Assembly: GCA_051362555.1 (NCBI GenBank)
Contig: CM120648.1
Coordinates: 12,024,587 to 12,088,586, forward strand
DNA length: 64,000 bases
Direction of reading: 5' to 3'
Origin: Lingula anatina
Taxonomy: Eukaryota > Animalia > Brachiopoda
The notes beneath the pieces were generated by a model, which made no database searches, had not been told where the DNA came from, and was given only the letters and a program-made list of their open reading frames with translations. A program made the position numbers and the translations under genes. This document shows, in pieces, positions 16,378-27,720 of this stretch. Numbering within the stretch: position 1 is the stretch's first letter; each line of letters starts with the position of its first letter.

Positions 16378-17424
16378 TGGAAAGACTGGTACTGCTTGAC
16401 TCAAAGGAGTAGTTGGGGACGAAAGGCGATAAATCTGTGAACGTAATTTTATGGAAACTGCTGGCATAACCCTATAATCTCTGCACGAAGATTTGCTTAC
16501 AGAAAGGAGCCGTAATTAAGTATAAAATTCGGTAAGATTGAACCAGAGACGACAGAGTTCGATCTGTCATTGAATTAAACTATAACCATCCTCCTCTCAA
16601 GAGATTTCGGACTTAAGAATGTAAATGTCAGCCGTCTACCACCCTGTTACCCTGGCAGAACAATATCTGACACTCAAACGATTCTAGGCGTCATATTGAT
16701 CTCTCGATATAAAAAAGGCTTTTCGTTTTTATGACCAGCCAACTACGAAGTACTCTGTGTGCTTTCCATAGTTTTATAGTTTCTCATAGTCCTTTATACG
16801 GTAGCTTTGATATTTATATCAAAAGAGAGTCTTTTATCAACTGTCTTGCAGCTTTACCATCTATTGCTTGAAAATGATCTAGATTTAGAGGTGATTATCC
16901 AGCCTCTAAGCAACCATCGATAAACGACGCTTGTAAAGGTTATATATCTTTTTAATGTTTAACATCCAAGTTAAAAGAAAAAAGCAAGATAAAATTATAA
17001 TCCTTATATGCAGTTGTTACATGTATTTCTCAGCGGTAGGTGTAATTTCAGAGTTCTTGGCAATCGTTTTTGTATTCATGATACACAAGGATTCGGTCTA
17101 TTTCATCAATCATTTGAATAACATTTCTAAATATTAAAATTTCGATATTAAAAAATAATGATTATAAATTCTTGATCACAAATGTCCACAATTTTCACTG
17201 ACTGGAGTTGTCTCTTGGCAGTAAAATGTAAATTACCGAGGCACATTTCCATTGCAGTTAGGACGTCTTATCTTAGTGCCATAATTTGATCTCAACATAT
17301 AACATGTGATGACGTTTTCTCAACACCGCCACCTTCTGGTGCGGAAGAGTTAGCCACTCCCCCTCCAAACTGACATCTCTCATCAGTGCTGTCATTGGAT
17401 AACCTGTAAGAATTCCACGCCTCT

Positions 17425-17492
17425 TCAATCACCAGTGATCACCTCACCATTTCGTCTCTCCTTGGAACGCCTCAGTCGGCCACGCCCTTTAG
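17425..17492 (-). CDS. RING gene coding exon 6 (stop)
   Basis: ttgtttcag|AKGRGRLRRSKERRNGEVITGD-TGA. Confidence 0.65.
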
Positions 17493-19794
17493 CTGAAACA
17501 AAAAGACAAAATTATATTTTTATTTTCTAATGTAGACGATTATGCTAAATTGCGCAACAAGATTAAACCAACTTCTTTGTAATGTGTCTGGTAAACTAAG
17601 CAATTTCCTGTAATTTATAAATAAAGAAACAACAATGATAAAGAAATAAATATAGTATAAGGTAGAATTTCATCGTATGCGTAGTACATCCGCATTGTAA
17701 ACTAGACCGCATTCAGGACAGATGATACGCGGACTCCACGCGCACCATTAAACGGATTAAATCTCAACTCCGAGGTTTTTAAACATAGCAATTAAAATTG
17801 CTATGTCCCTGAAGCTACGGCAAGTGTTAAAGGGGAGAGAGCATCAGGGTATTAGCGGCATCGGCCATATTTTGTCGGCGGATCAGTTAGTCCGCAGATC
17901 ATCTTTTTCTGAATGCGCTCATACTAAAATAAAAAAATCTCTCCACTCTACCGGGCTCAACTAACGCAATCTTTGTCCCGGCGTAATACCAAAAACTGAC
18001 CTGCTGCGAAAGTGATGTTCATAGCGGTATGCAGTGGCGCGATCCTGGGTAACTTGATCGTCTGCGCATGCTCAGTAATGTCGTCCTCCTGATCACAAAC
18101 TTGCAAGAGATTTCTACTGGGCTGTTCTGTATTTAAAAAAGTAAGAAATGCAATAGAAATTTACAGCTCTGAAGGAAAAAAGAAACATTCCTAGTATAGT
18201 GTTTTATGTGGACGACAGATCCGGATAAATTTTGGCATGCATTTATTTAGATGTTTGTCAATATTGAAAGGAATACAACGGTCCAGGATTTTACAAGAAA
18301 ACATGGATGCCTAAGTCATCAGTCACGTGAAAGCGGTGTGTACTGGATAGCGTCAGACTCGAGACAATGACACCGGTTCTAGTTTGAAGACCAAAATCTC
18401 TCTGTAAATGTCAAATGGTTTTATATCCATGATAACATTGTTTATGCTTCATAAGTATACCAGGCCCGTAGCCAGCAATTTCAAATGGGGGGTGGGGGTC
18501 TTTTTCTGAAAAATTGGACTTTTCACCATGAAACCTTCGTGTACTTATATACATTTTACCCAGAGGGAGCCTTTTTCCTGCAGAAAAATAAAGGGGGGGG
18601 GGTCTTTCGAGCCCGAATCCCCTGGCATACTAACCTGTTCTGAGTAGATGAGACGCAGAGCAACCTCTTGTACTTTGTCGATTTGCTGAACATGCTCGTA
18701 TCTCTTTGTTTTTCGCCTCACGTCCTAGTCTTATTTGGAAACTTAGCTCTAAAAAAAAAAAAAACAATTACGACTTCTGTTACTGGTTTGCTGGAATGCA
18801 AAAACTTCATAATCACTTCATAATCATAATTCAAAATCTTCATAATCTCTATGCTGGTGACTCAAACGTTTAAGCTTATGATGACTCTGTTTGCTGTGTC
18901 ATGTTTCTTTTAAATGTTGTTTTATAAGTTTTATAAGATCGTTCATAATGATTTCAAACAAATGGCTTACAAAAAGGCTACTTTTTTCTTCTTCACTAGA
19001 AACCTCTTGTGAGGTGATAGCGAAGCGTAAATTTCATTGCACTCAATATTGAAATATGAAATTATTCAAATTACAAAATGCAATTATCAAGTTGTACATA
19101 TATCTAAAATCTGGTTCGGAAATGAATCGTAACAAATCCTGGAACGTTCAGTTGTCTGCATTGTGACATTTCTGATCCTGGCATTTCTCGAAAAAGGATG
19201 AAAAACCTCAAGCAGGCTCAAATATTTTGTGTGGAAAACTTTGAAAATATATTTAATGCAACCACCTTCTAATTTCTTATTTATTGCAGCGGCATCTGCA
19301 AGGTACTGCGTTCGCATATTGTCCATCTCTTCTCGAAGTGCCCGAATGCAACTGTGTTCTTTCTTGTCCACGTGCGCCATCTTCAGTCCACAGCCTTGAC
19401 CACACGAGACGATACGGTACTTGCACGTGACAGCGTGGGCGCGCTGCTGATGACGGAGGAAGGTGTCTGTGCATTCTTTGTTTTGACAATTTACTTTGGT
19501 AAAAGGACACACAGCCAAATGGCTACTGCGCTGTAAGAGAAAGGGGATGTTCAAAATAAAATGTAGTTGAATCAAAATATTTTTCTATTTCTTTTGATTA
19601 AATTACTTAGTAAATGCATTACTAGAAAACACACAACTTAAGGCGTCGATTATAAAAAATTCAGATTTCTTTTCTAGAGACAATTAATGCACTGTATCGG
19701 TTTCATGTAATTTATTGGCGTCGATTATTAAAATGCAAGTTTACTTTCTAGAGACAATAAATATACTTTATTTGTTTCTTCAATTCCACACTCT

Positions 19795-19837
<43 letters not shown>

Positions 19838-22800
19838 AGAAACCTGTGGGATCCTCATGACAGCTGTGCATCCAGAATCATAGTTATCGCAACTGAGTGT
19901 CACGTGATCCAGCTTGTCTCTTGCCTCCGAACTCATCTGGCGGAGATTGCCGAGTTCTGCCGAGCTGCGACACACAGGGCATCTGTCTGAAAAATATAGG
20001 GCAATAAAAATAACGCAAGAAAACAACCGTGTTTATATCGTTTCTAGCAAAAGTCAGAATTTCAAAAAAAAAAAAATAAATAAATAAATAAATAAATAAA
20101 TAAATGCATGACTACACCCCTCTCTCGTTCACCCCCTCTCTGACCTCTCTCTCTCTCTCTGCAAGCACAATCAACGCTCAACGTGTCTTCTACCTGAATT
20201 AAGGCCTGGCCTGTGAACAAGTAAGAACTGATGGGAACTTAATTTCATACAGTCACACCTCCATTCCCAATGATGTGGGCAACTTCACATGACCTCCCTG
20301 TTAACAACCATCAGTCTGCCCTCCCCCCTGCGTCATCCTGACGCCGCCACAAAAAAATCAGAAGAAAATACGAAAAGAAAAAACACCTCACGTGGCCTAG
20401 AAGTCAGTGTTATTTAAGAGGCACATAATTTGTTTATCTGACATCAATAAATGATGATCTGACTCCTTTTTCATTCTTTTTAGCACGCTTGGTTACGCAA
20501 TGGCTCCATTTGTCAAATTATGTTTGCCAGCATTACAATGCTAAAATATGTAGGCATTTATTAAAAATAGCGTTAACAATAGTATTACACCTGAAAATGT
20601 TGGTGATTGATAGAGCCTACGATCTACTTACGTAAATGCGGAGAGTTGTGCAACCTGCAATTCTTTCACACGTACGCCCCCAATCCTAACATTCCTGACG
20701 ATGTCAACTGCTATACCCTTACATAACCTTTCTCGGGCTCTGTCGTAACGTTAACTGGGGACGGTTACTCCTCAATAATTGACACGTGCACCGCACATGC
20801 TTTAAGACCCCCCCCCCCCAATAAATAAAATAAATAAATAAATAAATTAATAATAGATAATAATAACAAAATAAAAAACACACCGCCCTTCCTATAAAAA
20901 AGATAAGACTCACTCACTCACTCAGCATGTCAAGAAATGTACGAAGAAGGAGGGGTGGATTGCTTGGATTTGTTTTGTTTTACTTTTTGGGAGAGGGGAA
21001 CAACAATTAGGGGGGTACGCAGCTGAGGGGGGGGGGCACTTGCCCACTTTGCCTCCCCGACTGGGGGCTCACACTCCTCCGTCGAGTCATGTATTTCGTT
21101 TCTTTGCAATTAATATTTCTGATATAATGTTATGTAACTCGCCCCCCCCCCCCCCCATAATTGTTCTCTAAATATCCCCGTTATATAGCATATAACGTTG
21201 AATGAATACAGCGGACTCTGTGGTAAGAAAGTTTCCCCTCAAACCCGTCTCCCAACCCAACACCGGCTTAAGGACCTGACGTACTGACTCACGCTCGTAA
21301 TATCAACATAACATTGCCTTAACGCAACTGCCAGGTAATTTATTGCCCCCCCCCCTCCCCTGGTCACTGGTCCCTCCCCCCCCCCCCCCCCACCTCTACA
21401 GCCACAGTCCTCCCTTGACCAGTCAGACGGAACGCTGACCCACCGCCCTCTTTGATCTAAATGACACGCGATTGACCCCTTCTCCACCACCGTGAAGATA
21501 CCGAGATGGCCATAAAAAGATTTATAGTGAACAGTTTTTTCGCTTTAAGTGAACGCTTTAAGCGCCTCTTAACCCCCGCTAAAAGACCAAGGTGTCAGCC
21601 GTGGCGGTGATTACTACGCCCGTCATTCTGGTGATATATCGGAGGCGAAATGCGATACCGCGACAACACAATCGTGCATCGGGCTGGGATTTCTTCTTGC
21701 AATTTTACATAAAGGAGACGCGACGGTTTTGGCGTTAATGCGGCTATTTTATCCGCCAGAGCCGACTCGAGTCGTAATTTTGGTTAATTTTGTCTCTGAG
21801 CCGGGCTAATACTGCCTGTATGTGACACAGAGGACGTAGGTGACTGCTTGCTGTTGGAAAACTGCGCGATCTACAGCCTGTAATTTACTGGTTCAGCAAT
21901 TGTTGGTTCATGTAACCGAAGCTGTTGGAATGTTGGTAGAACACAGTGGAATGTTAGCTTCACAATGTTAGCTGTCACTGTCAGGACAGACAATGGTGTG
22001 ACAACTGCAATATTACAGTGCCACGTCGAGCAGCCGATATCAGTAGTCATCTCAGCTTCTAACAGTCGCGGTGAGAAAGCAGCACTACATACAATGTTAC
22101 AGTGCATTGGAAATATTGATGCGGACTCGGCCTTGGGTTGGAATATTTAGTGAAATAACAAAGAGACCAAACTTCAGATTGACAACACCAACGACAAAAA
22201 CCAACAAGAAATCATGGTCCCCACAGCTACTTCGGACAGGGAAAGGAACAAAGATCGTGTAACAGCGATCTAGGAGTATCAGAAACAATCCTTGTTCTGT
22301 AATCAACAACGTTATACGCTGTAAGGATTAAAAACTAGCGAGTGCTGATAACAGGTAATGCCATCAGTGTTTACAGCGTTCAACAACAACAACAACGGTA
22401 ATCAATGGTTCTATATTATCTACAAATACTCGCAGTAACGACTGAAAAGAAGGCCGCAGGAATATTAATTCTTTCTTCGGTCGATGATAATAACAGAAGG
22501 ATATACTATTAGTGGCAACTCGAAAAACAGCAACGACACACTGTTCCATTAAATAATCAACCAGAAAAATTATTTAAGAAGCTTGTATAAAGCGCGCCAC
22601 AAAAGATCGAAAAAGAGTACCAAAAACAGCACTCATTAGCAGTACAATGACAATATCGTCATTACAGCAGCAATAATAATTGCAGTTGTCAGTGGTGCGA
22701 CTAAAGAGTTGTAACAATAGCGACAACAGTGTCAACTGATGACAACGTCATTGTGACACCACAACAACAAACGTTAAGTTACAGTGACAAATACAGCTTA

Positions 22801-23358
22801 CATAAGCGGTAGGAATAGATTCGAAGTACATATAACAAGACCAGAGCGGTAAGTTATACAGTGTTTTACTAAGATTAGCCTAGTGTTTTAAACTTTGAAT
22901 AAATAAAGAACAAATTATAAGACAAAACTAAAGGCCTAAATAGAGCAATTGACAAATTATTGTTGCCTTGATACAGTAAAGAAGTTATTTGCAAAAGAAA
23001 TTGTTCAGGGACAGACAGACAGACGAACAGACAGACTGATAGACAGAAGACATCATACCATAATACAACCCTTAGGGCGTAAAAAATTGTATTTTTTGTG
23101 TTGAAATTTCAAAAAATCACAATTGTTATTTGTTCATAAAAGTGCAATGTCGTTTACTATGAAACGCACGCCTTACAAAGCACTGGGGGCACAGAGCTGT
23201 CCAATACAATGTTCACGTTGTTGCAGTGTGTATCAGATACAATGATTAACAGCCAGGGGTCTTCTTTGAGCCCCGTATATGATAACGTTGACGATGGCCG
23301 ATTGTTCCTATGATATGCTTTGCGATCCCAGGGTATTTACTACTAGGGTTTTTATCTT

Positions 23359-23394
<36 letters not shown>

Positions 23395-24761
23395 TCGGGA
23401 GTCCTTTGCTTGGCACCGTACATCACTCGTAATATTATATTTAGGTGAAAAAGAACTGTTTACACGCAAAGGGAATTCCCGTTAAATAAGAAAATAATAA
23501 TAATAATAGCGTATTGAACTATAAATGCTATATTTTCAAATGTGTGTTTTATAATGTATAAATAGTACACAAAGATGTTAAATGCAACAATAATGAGATA
23601 ACATGCCTCAGTTTTTATGTGTGTACATTCTAAACTAAAAACTAAGACTGTCCTAAGTTAGAACTGTTGTGAATACACCGTCAGTCTATTCATACGATGA
23701 GATACCACTGCAGTCAAAGTTAATAGAGTTTAACGTTGTCAACAAAAAAAACGGTCTTAATAAATTGATAAATAATTAAATATGAAGAAATTAAGTTTTC
23801 TTATTCGTAAATCGATGCCCACAGAAATTCGTTGCCCAAAACGCTTTTATATCGCTTTTATATCATAGAATATCACGTCTCACAAAAAATATTAATAATG
23901 AATTAATAAATAATGACATGTGAAATAAAATAAGTTTTGCTATTTGTCAACCGACGCAGCCAGAAATCCCTTGTCAAAAACGTTTTTATATCATCTTTTG
24001 TTTTGTCCTTTTTTCTCTCTTTCTTTACCTCTTTCTGCTATATGAAGGGGGCGGGCACAGTGGGACTATTAGACTTGTGTACTTTAGGAAAACCTAATAA
24101 TAAGAAATTAAAAAATTATACCCAATGGGGGGTCGCTATAATTCTATATCTGACAGGGCAACACAAGGGCCTGTATCCCTTGTGAAGTCGATTTCTATCT
24201 TACAATAGCGTTATTGTGTCATTGATACGAATGTATTTTATTCATTTCAAAGTTTTCTTCGTTGATAGATATGGAGGCGGGATCGAGGACGCTTTCTGCG
24301 GCAACAATGACAATTTATCAATAAAAGGCTAGAATGCCATGGCGCTTCATAAAGAAAAAAAGTCAGAATAGTAAAAAGAACATGGTACTTCACAACCATG
24401 GCAACAACTTCACAACCATGGCAGGTGCCATGGCATAAAAAAGAAAAAGAAAAAGCAAAAAAATAGGTGTTACCAAATCCTAAAAATGATAGATGTCTTT
24501 TTTTCTGACATCGTACTAGTTATTTTAGACTGCGTTTAGCGCTGTCGGTTTTGTATTGTAGATTGTTGGGGTTTTTATAGGTGTGTTATCATAATACGCG
24601 TTTGTCTAGACAGAGATGAACTGTTAAGTCATTGGGTGTCTCGGTTAGGTCAGTTAATTTCTTGACGTTGCGTTATCAAAAAATTGCAGAGCTGTGAATC
24701 ATTTTCGTTGGGGCGTGAGAGCAACTGCGTGCACGTTATTCTCCCCTCGCTCTCGCTCTCT

Positions 24762-24796
<35 letters not shown>

Positions 24797-25970
24797 CCCT
24801 CCCTCTCCCTCTCCTCTCTCTCTCTCTCTCTCTCTCCCTGTCTCCGTCTCTCCCTCTCTCCCTCTCTCTCTATGGCTGACACCACAAATTCTGAACTACC
24901 TGATAGCGTTGTCATTTCAGGCCCGTAGCCAGGGGTGTACCTGGGGTTCGAAAGAGCCCCCCCCCCCCCTTTTTTTGCCGGGAAAAGGCCCCTTCTGTGT
25001 AGAACTTGATCTAGATACACGAAGGTTTCGCGGCAAAAGGTCCACTTTTTCAGAAAAAAACTTTTGAAATTGCTGGCTACGGGCCTGCATTTTGATTGCG
25101 TCATCTGGACAAGAAGCTGCGTTAATTTAGACCGATTTCATCTTGTGCCGATTTGGACTGTTACCAGCTTCATTAAGCAGCCCCTGGAACCGCTCCTGTA
25201 CTTAATGCGAAATTCCTTAAAGTAAAACAGATCTCCTGATAAATTTAGAAATGATTTACAGGGCAGATATCTTATATGGCTTGTTACGTTTGTAATACAT
25301 TTTAAATTATTGGGTTGAATTGTCAAGTGTGTGACCCGTCACTCCTTTCAGCGTGGCAGGTGCATTTTTGACGCCACGATGTTCGCATGGTGGACTTATA
25401 TTCCGTGAAGTTAACAGGAATATTGCATGCTTGCACGTACATAACACCCGAACCGGTACAGGTCTTAATCGGGTAGGACCGGGATCAGGAATAAGAGAAT
25501 GAACAGAAAATAGTTTTTGGATCCCACCCCCCAACAACACCCAATCCCCGTTTTTGGAATTCAGAATATATCAGGCACAAACTAACAATTGCACACACTA
25601 TATATATATATATTTGCCGTAAAAGTACAAAAGCACACATATCTAAATGATAGGTGTAGTTTGATACTGATAGCCAAGATCTTATTTACGATCATCTCTG
25701 CTCGATTGCGACTGTCGAAATTCCTTCGAACAGTGACGCATTGAGGTGGGCATTTCACCCGTCCCTGATCACTGGTGAAAGGAATGCTTGTTACAGCGCA
25801 CGGGACTCGGTTGGTTTTTGAGGTTACATGTCAAGATCGTGTGGACTTAAGTGCATTCAGGTTCTACGTGGAGAGATGCGTTTTCATAAATGATAAATGG
25901 GCAAGGGAAGAGTGAACTTTTTTATGCTTTAATTGGTATTTAGTGTTGCCCTCTCTCTCTCTCTCTCTCA

Positions 25971-26012
<42 letters not shown>

Positions 26013-26654
26013 AACAAGATATGTAAATAATTCTAAACAAATTACGTTGTGTCAGGCGGTGAAACGCAAGCACTTTACCATTGCTATATAAATGCGATAG
26101 CGCAGACAGTCGCAACTGGATCTCCCGAAGAAAATTTTCACCCAGAATTTAGCAATAATCAGTGTAAACAATCCTCACCTCCTTAGTCATAAACGTACAC
26201 GGGCAAAAGTGTGGGATACAGAGGCCTAAGGGGCCTACCTCCCTTTTCAACCACCTCAAGAACAGGGAACAAGAGAGCCCTGTTTACTTCTTTCATTTAA
26301 GTTTAGGCCAACAGACTGCCTAGATTAGCCGAGGCCCCTGTCAACCAATCTCAAACATATAATCATTACTGATTTTTTTTCCAATCTATTCCAGAAAAGT
26401 TTACTTGTAAACTGACTTGTATATTATTGTCATATTATTATTGGTATTACACTTGAAGTATTTTTCCGATAAAAGAATTAAAGAAAGAGTGAAGACGACT
26501 TACTGTTAGTTTTCAGCCATGTTTCGCAACACTCAGCACAAAAGGCGTGGTCGCAGTGAGGTAAAACCCGGGGGTCTTGGAGGACATCTTGGCAGATGAC
26601 ACAAATACATCCATCCGGGACCTCGTCCAGAAATAACTCCAGTGGTATCCCCAT
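17425..26654 (-). CDS. RING (C3HC4) plus TRAF-type zinc-finger E3 ubiquitin ligase, RNF41/RNF151/PDZRN3-like, 288 aa
   Basis: Exons 26654-26504, 19986-19844, 19530-19266, 18748-18635, 18126-18001 and 17492-17425; phases 1,0,1,1,1; 867 nt. MG..LELF...CVICQDVLQDP..CDHAFC..C...CPVC, then CDN..GC..H..C zinc fingers and a coiled coil. Confidence 0.85.
17705..17920. mobile_element. MITE family B relative
   Basis: TIRs gaccgcattcaggacagatgat...gcggact / agtccgcagatcatctttttctgaatgcgctc; ends like 5658-5842. Confidence 0.7.
18001..18126 (-). CDS. RING gene coding exon 5
   Basis: aatacag|EQPSRNLLQ...IKLPRIAPLHTAMNITFAA+G|gtcagt. Confidence 0.72.
18461..18637. mobile_element. MITE family C copy (inverted relative to 24918-25087)
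   Basis: caggcccgtagccagcaatttcaaa...tttttctgaaaaa.tggac...poly-G-tctttcga; right TIR degenerate. Confidence 0.75.
18635..18748 (-). CDS. RING gene coding exon 4
   Basis: polyT-ag|ELSFQIRLGREAKNKEIRAC...HLLRT+G|gttagt. Confidence 0.7.
19266..19530 (-). CDS. RING gene coding exon 3 (TRAF zinc fingers, coiled coil)
   Basis: ctcttacag|RSSHLAVCPFTKVNCQNKEC...CGQGCG...HSCIRALREE...KKLE+G|gtggtt. Confidence 0.9.
19844..19986 (-). CDS. RING gene coding exon 2
   Basis: tttttcag|NRCPVCRSS...LSCDNYDSGCTAVMRIPQ|gtttct. Confidence 0.9.
21850..22800. repeat. Degenerate AAC/ACA-rich low-complexity tract
   Basis: Recurrent aacaac/acagc/acagtg words, no sustained ORF. Confidence 0.4.
22930..23086. mobile_element. 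3' remnant of a HINE/DINE-like element
   Basis: (GACA)n microsatellite, then cataatac, a short imperfect palindrome (tacaacccttagggcgta) and an A-run. Confidence 0.5.
24741..24871. repeat. (CT)n-rich microsatellite
   Basis: Directly visible. Confidence 0.9.
24918..25087. mobile_element. MITE family C, intact
   Basis: Perfect 15-bp TIR CAGGCCCGTAGCCAG/CTGGCTACGGGCCTG; CATTT on both flanks (24913-24917, 25088-25092). Confidence 0.88.
25951..26011. repeat. (CT)n(CA)n microsatellite
   Basis: Directly visible. Confidence 0.9.
26504..26654 (-). CDS. RING gene coding exon 1
   Basis: GCCATGG start; MGIPLELFLDEVPDGCICVICQDVLQDPRVLPHCDHAFCAECCETWLKTN+A|gtaagt. Confidence 0.92.
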
Positions 26655-27542
26655 GGCAACTGTAACGATAGTAACGCGCTCACCATGACAACTGCAATGC
26701 CGATGGAATAAAAATCTATGTATAGTTATAGAATACAAATAATGAACCTTGATATAAAGATGTGTTCTTTTCTAAATCATGAAAAACTTTAAGTTAGAAC
26801 TTCATTAAAGTATATTAAAATAAATCAACCTTGATACGTCAAAAATGTTCCTTTATCACATACGTATACACCATCAAAAGAGAACATTTCGATCTATAAA
26901 CTTTTTTCAAGCTCTTAATTCAAGTGAAATTCAGCAGTCTCCATTACCGATTACCTTTTACCGTATGGAACAACTTGCTGATTGAAACGAAAATGTAGAA
27001 ATTTCCGGGAAACTTAAATGCTGTAATATTAATCTCTACCGCTCAGCACGCAAATTAAAGAAACGCACACGTGCCAGTTCGATTAAACATACATTTGTGA
27101 CTAAAACTACATTTGGTTTAAAAATAAAAAATTATATAGTTGAAAACATAACGGAGAAAAGATCTAATGATTTGGTAGCCCAGTTTGTCTCTCAATATGA
27201 ATACAGACTCGTGAACATAATAATAATTATAATAATAGTCTAATAGTTTCTCATACAAAGGAGGGTACATCCTATTTGAAAACCGCGGATGTGACCACCA
27301 TTATCTAGAGCTAAAACAATATTATTTTTCCACGTATTGAAGACAATTTACACCATAAATCACGGACGCTGACATAACTCTTAAAACAGCGTCTTCACCC
27401 TCTCGAGCGCGAGCCATCTCATCGTCTGCTGAACCGCTAATAGCCCATTAACTTCCCTGGCTTGATTAATCCCAAGAAATTAAAGGAACCGATAGCAATC
27501 CGAACAATTAAAGGAACATTTTCTGAATCAACAAACACTCAC

Positions 27543-27720
27543 CTTGTCTTCGGCGTCCGTGAGATCAGAGACCGAACTAGAAACGGGATCTGATTTAACC
27601 GTTTCCGCGCACAGGATCTTCTGCGAAAACGAACGCTTTTGGGCCTCTTAACTCAGTGTAAGATTCGTTGTAGAGTTACTTCAGTAGTTGGTGCTGTCAA
27701 TGTGGTGAGAATTCAGAAAT
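27543..27720 (-). other. Probable non-coding first exon of the RING gene (5' limit uncertain)
   Basis: Strong donor AAG|gtgagt at 27543/27542 in a CpG-richer stretch upstream of the acceptor-preceded ATG exon. Confidence 0.45.

Noticed and set aside
24684-25104. ORFs of 122-127 aa
   Set aside because: Composed of a CT microsatellite plus a MITE.
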